Source: Selaginella moellendorffii (taxonomy: Eukaryota; Plantae; Lycopodiophyta). From it: DNA of 64,000 bases. Positions 32,701 through 43,232 of the stretch are shown one piece after another. Every line of letters starts with the position of its first letter. The first letter of the stretch is position 1. A model generated the notes under the pieces. The model saw only the letters and a list, made by a program, of their open reading frames with translations. It had not been told where the DNA came from and ran no database searches. The translations under genes and the position numbers were made by a program. The DNA lies in the NCBI RefSeq assembly GCF_000143415.4, contig NW_003314309.1, forward strand, positions 359,474-423,473, in the 5' to 3' direction.

Positions 32701-34061
32701 TTACAAACCCACCTCACATCTCCATTGTCACCATGGATCTTTGGAACCTTAGGGGATAAATGGGGATAACATAGCCACTAAAAGCTCTTTCATTAAGCAA
32801 TTGCCCTTTTTTCAGTTGGCTTAAGAGGAGAGAGATAGGGCGCACTACAATCAGGACATAAGTCTCAAGATCAACCTAATTAAAACACAAATTGAGATCT
32901 TCGGCTTAAAAATAGGCCACACCCTGCTCCACTATCAAAGATAGGAGGTCCTGCAAGTTACCACTTACAAGTACCTTAGTTATCACCTCCACCATCAGCA
33001 AACATGGACCACTAGAGTAGCTCAACACGAAGCTACAGCCAAACAGGCATATTACAACCTACTGAACTCACTTTGCCAAGCAGCCCTCTACCAGTAGGAT
33101 GCAAGAAAGGAGCACTATCAGGCTAAGGTCCACACCATGCTACTATATGGTTGCATTGCCTAGGACCCCAGCCAATCAGCAATGAGCTGGTCCCACCTAG
33201 AAGGGCTTAACTAAACTTTCATTGCTAATGACTTTGGCATCAAACAGAGAGCATCCTATTGCTTGCTATGCATGGAGACTAGACTGCTCTCAATTGAAAT
33301 CCAGGCATGGAAATGCACCATGTAGTTCATACTCTCCACATGGAAGGACACGTTCAACTGCTGTGCTTGGGCAGCTATTGCGGACTTGATCCAACTTGAC
33401 ACCAAAAAGAGCCAGGGATGGTGGAAGGATTGCTGAAAGTGGATGGAATGTCTCGATAGACTACTAGGCCAACTAATCACGACAGTCCCCCCAGCTTGGA
33501 TCAGCCTTGCATTTAAAGGCTAGTTGGCAGGCTCAAATAGGAACTCCTACTTCCAAGACTACCTCAACAACATCAACCCTAGAAGAATCATCAACCCCAG
33601 CATTCACAACTCCACAAGCTACACCACCAGACACATCCTTGCAAAATACCAAACGAGTGTATACTCACTTCATGTTAGTCACATGTAGGTGGGGTAGTTA
33701 TATATAACATGTGACAGGGTCTCTATTCCTGTCTTGCACAGGGGGTAGAGGCAGGCATCTCTAGGCATGACTGGTGTCTGTCTTTGACCTAGCTTGAGCT
33801 CTTCTTCCCAACACTGAACTTCCATGCCCACGACCTCCTAGCATTCATGGGGAACACAACCATGGCAGCAACAATTCCTCTTTTTCTTCATGCTATTGAA
33901 AACCAAAGGGCACTGCTCATTAAAGCAATATGCCCTCACTTCCAAATAGAAACACCTAGCAAATACCTGAATGACACTTCCCTCCCCTCTTCACCTTCTA
34001 CCCAAAAAATCCCATACTCTCACGGGCTAACAGTGACTAAACATATCTATCTATCTATCTA
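29717..34061 (+). mobile_element. Degenerate LINE: ORF1 remainder, APE endonuclease, RT core missing, C-terminal region and (ATCT)n tail
   Basis: APE motifs SWNV-like at ~31960, DITILSETW, MLGDFNAQTG, TSTNDY and SNHHPL (31940-32680). RT-end motif KTQIEIFG...YKYLS at ~32880-32980. Tail atctatctatctatct at ~34045-34061. Confidence 0.85.
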
Positions 34062-34300
34062 TTGATATGTGTCCACTATAACAACATTAAAACTGAGGTT
34101 CTAGTTCAATAAAAAATGCTTTGCAATGAGTATAGTGTTTTTCCATAAGACCAATGTAATCTACTTCACAATTATATTCAAAATTATTTTGCAGAAGCTC
34201 TAAATATCTTTTCTCTTCAATGTTGTTTGTTTCATCTATATGACTTGAATGATTAATATTGAGAGTGAAAAATTCAATAACATTTGTACATGTGGTTTGC
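34062..34300 (-). mobile_element. Helitron-like N-terminal zinc-finger segment
   Basis: YIGLMEKHYTHCKAFFIELEPQF*CCYSGHI resembles the Helitron RepHel G.M...C.HC.A...E...CC..G.V pattern. Confidence 0.5.
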
Positions 34301-35149
34301 ACTTGAATATCACTATCACAAACATGAGGTATTACAAGTACTACACAGCTTTTATGTAAAATTAAGTCACATGTTTTTCATTTCTTTTTTCTACTCATCA
34401 AAATATAATAGAATTTCCACTGCATAAACTAACTTCAATAGAAAGAATAGTCAACATTGTGGCAGCTGGCAAGCAGTAAATGATGCTAATAGATAAATAG
34501 ACACTAACATTTAAATATATACTATACTAATTATAGTTTTCAATCAATGTTCTTTGTCCTTTTGGTTCTCTTAAAAACACAAAAGCTGAACTTACCCCTA
34601 AAGTAATGACAAACAATAAGCCAATCTTTATCTTTATAGTTTTCTTATAAATTCAGAAACCGATATTTCCTTGTGCTCCTAAACTAACAACCTATATAAA
34701 CTGTAAAAACCTTTTCACTCAAGTTATTTGGATACCAGAAGGTTTCTTCTTTTCTTAATTGTACAAGACAGTGCTTCATTTCTCCAAAGAATATTCAACC
34801 AATGGTAATTTTTTGCTCTTACATCTTGTTATCTTTTTTATTTTATTCTGAGTCACTTTTATCTTATCTCATATCCTGTTCTTCCAATCTATCAGCATCA
34901 CAACTTTACATTATAATATTGAATGCAATTGCTTGAAATTTCTGAAAGGAAGCATAATCTTTTTACAAATGTTTCAATGTTCTGAAGTTTGATCGATCAC
35001 CATTCTGTATCAAAGAGAGGGAATAAGACAATGTTGTATATCTGTTCCCAAGAACTTGTTGAGAACCCATGTCTGTGGCCACAACACTCTTAGGAATCGC
35101 TGTACGTAACTCTGCCAATCCTAGTACAAAATTCAATAAACCCACAAAA

Positions 35150-36075
35150 CTCAGATGGGATGTTATTACTTGCAAGCAAAGGAAACCAGAAGAAGAGATG
35201 ATCATCTTGCTCAGGGCCACTTTCAACTTTTTCAAGGCTGGGAGGGATATTACTCAGAGATGCAGTCTCGCCACAAGTATTAGTGAAGTTCCAGAGGTTG
35301 CAACAGAAAAACAAGCCTCTCTGTCTAGAGCTCCCTTCACTTGGACTCCTGCTAGTGTGGAGTTGAGTGCGTTGCTCCATGGCACAGCAGCATGAAGAGT
35401 CGTCGTCTCCATAGCTCCACCAGAAAGGCAACTTGCCGCTGCTGAGGTAAGTTGCATTTCCTCCTTCTATTCTTCTAACTTGGTTGTCCACAGTTCAGGG
35501 TCCATGAACTTGTCCACTTGACCTTGCCATAAGCCAACACGTCTGCTTGGGCGAAAAATTGCACATAAGCTCGTCATTGTTACTAATAATCTCATCTGAA
35601 TGAATCGTCAACCTGTGGTAACGAGAGTAATAAAAATCTTCTTACTTCTCAAAAACAGTGAGTGCTGGCTTTTGATGATTCCAATGAAGCTGCATGGAAC
35701 AACTTGATGTTTGTTACTATCTGAAAGTATTGAGCTCTCCTTCACCAAGCTTTAAGGTGCAAAAATGCAGAAAAGCGAGAGCGTTGAGGCCGATATCATC
35801 ACTAAACTTGTTGTTTATGAATGCAAGAAGGCAATTCACACAGTCTCTGAATATTGTGTTCTCAATTTCAGTAATGTGTTGAAAGTAATCTCTAACAACT
35901 TTCTCCACCGGTTCAAATACCTTGTCCAAAATGGCTCAAAACTTTGTTACCATTTCACATTGCCAAATTGGATCCTGCCTTTGTTGAGACCTGTGGTACT
36001 CAGGAGGAACTTGGCGACCTCTTCAGGAATTTTCTTCACTTTCTTGGCTTTTACAAAGAAATCAATACCCTTGCA
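35150..36075 (-). pseudogene. Rearranged fragments of a BIG-type ARF guanine-nucleotide exchange factor
   Basis: Sec7 N-part KGIDFFVKAKKVKKIPEEVAKFLLSTTGLNK (~35975-36072). HDS piece VEKVVRDYFQHITEIENTIFRDCVNCLLAFINNKFSDDIGLNALAFLHFCTLKLGEG (35717-35929). DDHLFFWFPLLA (~35170-35205). Confidence 0.85.
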
Positions 36076-36374
36076 AATAGTATGATTTCTTCCTGCATAG
36101 TGTAAAAAGCTTGTAATGGAATGCCAAGTCCTTCATGCATCCCTGGTGTATAAGGTGGAAAATTTATATAAGAAATTCACAGTGCTGGCGCTTATTTACA
36201 ATGAAGCAAGGATAGAGATTACCTAAAGGTCAAGGTTGCAAACACATCTTTACTCAAAAGTAACTGCACTTTCAGTTGATGCTTGGTCTATTGCTGGTTC
36301 ATTGATCTATTGCAGTATTGCAGCGTCCAGTGTGCTGTTCAGAAGTCGTTCAGAAATCGGTCTTCTCAGCAGTC

Positions 36375-36424
36375 GTGTCGTGTGTGTGTGTGTGTGTGAC
36401 ACACACACACACACACACACACAG
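36375..36424. repeat. (GT)n immediately followed by (AC)n: self-complementary microsatellite
   Basis: gtgtcgtgtgtgtgtgtgtgtgtgacacacacacacacacacacaca. Confidence 0.9.
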
Positions 36425-37599
36425 AGCTACTTTGCAGCTCAAAATCTGCCCAATATCCCAAAGGTTGGAGCGTCATTACAAAGTTAAAGCATTGATGCCA
36501 TCTATTTGAAGTTTTTAAAGTTTAACCATTAGATGAAAAGTATATTCTTAGATAATATTTTTAAATAAGAGATTTAGTAAAGGGAGTATGAATAATGAAA
36601 GAATAAGGACCTACCTTTATTTTCTAGTAAACCAAAAATAAAAAACTTAGAAAGGCAAATAGTTTAGGAGATTGCAAATATCAACTACTGCCATGCCAAT
36701 TGTGTGGGGGAGGAAATTTCTTCTAATTCTTTGAAAATTTAATGTTACAGGTTTATTATAATGCATTTAGTGAAATTTGGCTTTTTTATCAGCTTCAACC
36801 TTTACATTAACTCATTGAAATTTGTTGTAGTGATTAGAATAAATTACAAAATAATAAGGAATTTAAAATTCACTGAGATTTATAAACTTTATAAGCTTAC
36901 TATTTTGTTTTTAATGGCAAAACAAGTTCAATAACTACTGTATAAAATGAAATGTTTAGGTATTAGTTTTATCTTTCTAAAAATGTTACTAGATTAATTA
37001 CACTTGTGATAAATGCTAAGAAATCACTTGAAAATTATTAGAAAAATTAACAATGAAATTACAATATTACAAAGTTTACTCTAAATCTTAAATTTTTTAT
37101 CATTTTTATTATAAATTTAAGGAGTGAAGATGTAAATCTAACTAATTCATATTATTAAATTTACTCAGTTTCTGAATTCTATGATTTAGAGATATATGTA
37201 ATGTATTAGTAAAAATTTATTTATATTTATCATTCTAGTGATCATACTTAGAAGCATACTTTTCATCTTACTTATGCTTTTGAGTTAGTTGCAAAATCCA
37301 TTAATGATATCCATTTAGCCACTTATATTGCTATTCAGTGCTTAGTATTAGAGGGGGGGCATAATATCATATATTTGCCATCTTTCTATATTTGCTAAAG
37401 TGTATTTTAGGATTTGAACTTTAACTTTTACTCATGAGATTTGAACTCAAATTACATTAAAAAATATTTTTCATTCATAGGTTGGACCAAATTAGTTTCT
37501 AAGATCATTATAAACCTAGGACTTTATATTTAAAGTGTTTAACACAAATTCATTTTTTTCTTCTTTTATTTAGTATTTGATTAGTAATTTCATCATCTT

Positions 37600-38870
37600 C
37601 CCTCTCTTGATGACAAGCTCTTGATAGTTTAAACAGTCTAAATACAAAGCTCTTGCACCATTCATTCATAGGTGAACATGATCCAAACCACTACAAACAA
37701 ACATCATATCACAATAGCCATAGAAGGCCATAAGAAAAAGACCACAGTCATAAAGAGATCAATCCAGCAACAAAGGTGACAACTTCTATGCTAAACTCAC
37801 TTTGTGTAAATTGCCTTTTCCTTTGGCTTTTCCACTTTGACTTAAAACTCTCTAAGGTCAATCAATCCTAGAAAAAGGTGAGATAGAGAATTATACTTGA
37901 GACTCAAGTCTTATTATTCCTTCTTGCAACTAGCTCTAGGAATTAGCTAACGCTTGGAAGAGTTTGCATAGCTCACTGTCTACCTTACCAGGACTTGTCC
38001 ACACGGTGACTACTAGGGAGACTTCTAATTCAAAGGCTTTTGTCCTCCTAGCAAAGGTGGCACATGCTGATTTCACTTGACTCAGGATCCAGCACCAACA
38101 TCATATCTCTTAAACTTGCACAACATATTGACATTCCAGATCTCCCTAAATGCCCAAGTCTTGTTTGAAAACATTTGTGAATCATAGCATCACATGGCTG
38201 TTGGAGCTCCTTCTCTCAACAAGTCCTTGATTCTTAATCGGCCTTATCATGCAGCTGCCATACAGCCTGGTGCGCAGGATATATGAATATTGGTGCTGGG
38301 ACATCCATGCAAAGGATCACAAACAATAGTGGCCAAGTTCTTGGGACAAACTCCTCTTTATGTGAGCTACTATCCACAGCAGCAGCCAGCCAGCCAAGAA
38401 CGGCCGCAAGTGTTGGACGACTAGAGAACTCCACTTTGACAAAGGTGGGTATCTATCTCAACAGTGGAATCTACTTACCTGGGAGCCACACCGAGTTGAG
38501 GATCACGAGAGGGACGGCTAACAAATGTGACATCACATTCTAGGGGCAAGAAGTACTTGAAGCAATTTGCAGATCTCCCACCGACTTTACCTGGGAAGAA
38601 GCTACAATATGAGCTGTTGGAAGCATTCCCCAACTACCAAGCATCTTACTTCAACTCTAACAAGTAGGTGCAATAGAGAATTGAGCTTATTGAGCAAGTC
38701 TACGAGTGCAAATTGCTAGACCATGTTTGTGAACTGGAAATAAGAAATAGGCTCATTGGATTGCGAAAGTAGCTTAGGACAGTGGTGGATGCCATGAAGG
38801 AGATGGGGAATGAGCTCATAAAGTACAAATATAATTGGAGCTCGGGAATTTGAAGTTGAAGTGAAGATCT
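37600..38870 (+). mobile_element. Degenerate retroelement fragment with an aspartic protease motif
   Basis: HMLISLDSGSSTNIISLKLAQH at 38061-38126 (retropepsin D-S-G motif) and a downstream ILVLGHP; stops and frameshifts around them. Boundaries approximate. Confidence 0.55.
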
Positions 38871-39519
38871 CTACTTTTTGAAGGTATCAATTTAACTTTC
38901 AAAATTATCAATATAGCTTGTCCAATGGTTGCAGTGACTTTTTGTCATGGAATTGCAACAATAAAAAGCCTATGGTTAGAACCATGCAACTATACTAATG
39001 AGGACAAATACATTTGTAGATCCGGGTTTAATGTAAATCCTTTTCAAGACAGCATTCCAAACTTGTGCTCGGCACTGAAGAAATATTATTCTGGATTTGG
39101 TTTTATTTCCTCAAAAGCTAAATGTTATAGAAGATATATTGGCCTCAAGGCCATTGAAGATGATAACAAGCTAATAAATCTTTGATTTATTCACAATATG
39201 GTAAGAGAATAAATAAAAGAAAGAAAGAAGAAAGAGGCAATTTTATGACATCTTTAACTGTATATATACACATATACACATGACGAAGTATGACTTATAT
39301 AAGCAATACAACCAAACAGTTCAGCAAACAAATGCTTTTTGCTAGAAACTAAAACCACATCTATGATTGTATGTGTAAATCCATATATAAATTGTCGCAA
39401 TAATCATATTCTCCAAACAGTTTAAATTCTCGTGAACTAGGGTTATATATATTTAAAATATTAAATATTTTAAACCTATAATATATATCGCTATATATAT
39501 CGCAACTTAAGCATAGCTC

Positions 39520-41600
39520 CACCGCTTCCTGGCAGCAGATGTCAATCGCTTGGAAACAAACGGGACCTGGATTCGCCTCCATGATGTGAAGTTCTGTGCG
39601 ACAGTCGATCAGCGCAGCAGACGCTGAGCTCCTGCGTCTCGTATCGTCATTAAGGACCCCTGTGACCCCGGAATGCTATTCCAGCATTCCGTGTTCGGTG
39701 CTCCATGTGTTCCATGATTCCCCGGCTCCGTTGCCATCCGCCAGGCAGTCGACATCGATCTCTGAAGAGCCCGTCAGATACTTGTCGTCTGTCAGGATCG
39801 ACTACTTCAAACCCCCGTCTCCAAGTACTCTTCCAGGCTTTTCGTTGCTGTAAACTATCTCCATGGCCCGTCCACCAAGAACATAGGAAGGACGGACAAG
39901 GACCGCCTCTCTGCAATCTCCAATGCGCCTTCTGCCTCCAGACGAGCTGCTATTCCCAGCTGCTTGAACAGCCTTTCCTGTCCTGGACAGCGTCGATAGA
40001 ATTTGGAGAAGCCTCATCCAGACAGTTTTGTAAAGGCACCGCCAGCCTCAAAGATGTTTGGCAAGCAAACTGCCCGTCCGGCTTCTCCAAATCAATGATA
40101 TTCAAGACCGCGGCTGAAAAGCCAGACCACCTCTCGCATCATAGCCAGTTGAGACGGGAGTTCATCATCTGTTGTCTTAAATCCTATTTCCTGGAACGGA
40201 AAAAAAAAAACGCGCCAGTCAATCAAGGAGAAACGATCATAAAACAGACCAACCAAAGCAGTAACTTAACAAGAACAAACAGGAGGAGCATGTACATACG
40301 TGAAGTACGAAGGATGCATGACAGCAGCAGTAGTCGAATTCACAGCAGTAGTCGAATTCAATTCCTTGTCCGATACGATCGGGACCACCACCAAGGATCA
40401 ATAACTTCTTCCTGTTGCAAGCCTGGGGCTATCGTCATAGGATGAGTACCTGTAAGGTGTGTTGGCTTCGAACTCTGCAGCACAGGTGTTAAATGCTGGC
40501 ACCACTCCCAGAGCCCTGTGAGCTCGAACCTCTGGTTCGGCAGTTTTTGTAGCATAAGTAACTTGTCTGTCGCCAAAAACCTCGTTGCTTGATCTGGTAC
40601 ATAGCTGTGTCAGCTTTGTGTTGGACAGAAACTCCTCCACCACGAATGACTCCTTGAGCTGTCCCAGGAACCACGGATCGAAAAAAGTCAGCTCGCTAAT
40701 TTCTTCCGAGCTCGTTCTCCGCGTAAACGGAATATATCCGGAACTGGTTACTTAATCCCCTCGGCGTCACTTGAGTTCTTTGGTACCTTCGCAACATCCA
40801 AAACCACCCGCTCCCAACGGCTTTCGAAAACGATTCCTGAAAGTCCGCCTTCATCTGAATGGGAAGTATGGAACCTGCGATCCCGGAAACTCCTGAAAAG
40901 CAGAACGAGGAATCTGCACACACTACACACAAAGCAAACGGGAATCCTCATAAGAAAAAGGACGAGAAAGACAAGGACGCAAGAGAACTGACCTTCGTGA
41001 CCGCACAGTCCATGGATGGCTCAAAACTAGCAAGGTGCCTTTCGTTGGGAATCTGGTCCAAAGTGCAGCTTTATAGAAAAACCAGTGACCTTTGAAGCCA
41101 GCGCCGACGATCATCTGGATAACCATCACTTCTCAGATTTACTGCAAACTGGACGTTGGAGCCACCGCATTCAACACCTTTCTCTCGGCTCTAGCTTGGT
41201 CCCGCGGTCTCTCGTATCCTTTTCTGTCAGGATCTGAGCTGGTGCTACTGTGGAAAAGTGTGAACAAACCCATGGGGTCGATGTTCTCGATCAAGCAGAT
41301 GATGACACAAGTTGTCAGCGGGGTCCCCCTTAACTCCTATTTCGCACTCCTTCCAACCACGCCAAGCAAGGACTTCTCAACCGAGACCTGTGAAGTGATG
41401 CTCGCTGTCAAGCTTTAAAATAGATTTGGGCTCCTCCTCTTGTTGTACGCATTACCCCCTCCGATCCGATCCGTGGGTATGCGTGGAAGGAATCGGTGTA
41501 ACAGCCGTTCGAGTCACTCCCTTTGAAATTCTCCGTTCTTCTTATCGGGCTTGGCTACCCTGGGACGCAAGCTTGAAAGCCTACGATGCTTATCGTAAGT
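39520..41600 (-). pseudogene. carB: Carbamoyl-phosphate synthase large subunit pseudogene (unprocessed, heavily microdeleted)
   Basis: Colinear remnants [119 protein letters not shown] and MEANP. Many frameshifts; an intron-like block remains at ~40190-40300. Confidence 0.92.
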
Positions 41601-43232
41601 CATAGAGGCCGGATACTTTGGTGCCGATGAAAGGTGTGGAACTCTTTTGGAACTGCAAGAGATCTCTTCCGGTCACGCAGGAGTTGAGATTTGGCAAGTG
41701 GATTTTACTTACCGTTCAGCCGCCATCGCTGCCTCTAGCAAACGCCTTATGCCGACAAATCCATTCCCCACACCGGGAAATGCGAGCGAGAATGCAGGCG
41801 CCGGCGGCACATCGACGCCTCGAAATCTAGCAGCTAGAGTCTCCTCCGCCATGAAATCCAGCTCCGAAACGCCTACCTCGGCTCGGCGCGGGCGCCCGAC
41901 GCCTTTAGGGCTCCTCATACACCCTAATCGAAGATCGTTAATTAGAAGTATAGCCGATTGAGACGTATATTGTATAAATACGCATCCAGTACATTTATTG
42001 TATCGCCCACGTACACACACACACTCACACACACATACAACTAAGGCTGCATGATTGGTGACAAGTATGGTCGACCAGATATTATACAAAACCTCTTGAA
42101 AGACTATAACGGCTGGTGGTTGGTATTTCTACGTCCGAGGCCGTACGAAGTCTTTGATTTTGTTAAGCGTATAAACACGTGGGTCAAGCACTAATCTAAC
42201 AATCAGGCCGCCCCCGCCAAACAACACTGGCATGGCAATGATCCGCCAAACAAAAACAACGAGACTAAGCTATGGGAGTGGCATCTCTTGGGAGTCCTTT
42301 GAATGGAATTTTGGATGTTTAGAAGAACAGCGTGCGTGATTGATTGATGGAACCACATTTGGGAACAAGTTGTGCCTTGTCCCAACGCGTTTGTTTTGGG
42401 CCGTTTAGTTACAAGCCGGTTTTAAGAACATTAGATTTACGGCCCAAAGCCAAAAGTTTGCCCAACAAACATTTAACAAAAAATGGGTGAGAGCATAAAT
42501 TTGCCAAATGGTGGCTTTTTGGGGAGCTCGAATGTGCCAATTGCGGCATCTAGTGAAGGGCAGAAGGATCACAATGCTCCCATAAGTAAGATTCGTTGCT
42601 TTGTTATTCTTTTTTCCACCATAACATTGCCAAATAGCTAGACCGAAATTTCTGCCGTACGGACGGGGCGAAAGTGGACCACTCCTGGCCGCCTGGCGAA
42701 AGTACAACCGGTTGAGTAACCCAAGCTATAGCACAAACAAGTTTTACCACGCAAAAAAGTCCACTGGAGTCATCGCATCGGCCATCTAGTATTACTTAAA
42801 GCACCGCCCCCTTGCTCATCGCCTTTCATTGCCATTGCTCGCTCCTTCCTCGGCCCGATTTTTAGGTCACTATAAGCGCTTTGGCTTTGTTTTACCCTGT
42901 GTTCCCGGGGCGGGGCGCTGCCCGCGCGAGAGAAGGCGCGAGGGGAATTTCTTGGTGTCGCGCGCGCGGCCGCGATTTCTGGAGCGCCGAGGAGCCGCTC
43001 GGATGCCCGTCGCCAATGCAGATGTCGCCGCCGCGCCTCGCTCTCTCCAAGAATCCCTGCCTGGGGAGCGCGCACAACAGGCCCGGGATGCGGCATTCTG
43101 TCCAGATTTCGGGCGGGGCTGAGCTCCGGATGGTGTGATTGAGCACCGGATTGACGAGATTTTGCCAAGAAATCAGCCTCTCTCTCGCCCCGCTGCTCTC
43201 TTTGCTCTCGCTCCTCCTGCCGCGCCGCCGCG

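Noticed and set aside
34074-36832. Apparent CACTA TIR pair (CACTATAACAAC / TTTGTTGTAGTG) suggesting a Pack-CACTA around the BIG fragments
   Set aside because: The left 'TIR' is the reverse complement of the CCYSG codons of the Helitron-like zinc finger, the 3-bp flanks differ (GTC vs ATT), and no subterminal repeats are seen. Probably coincidental.
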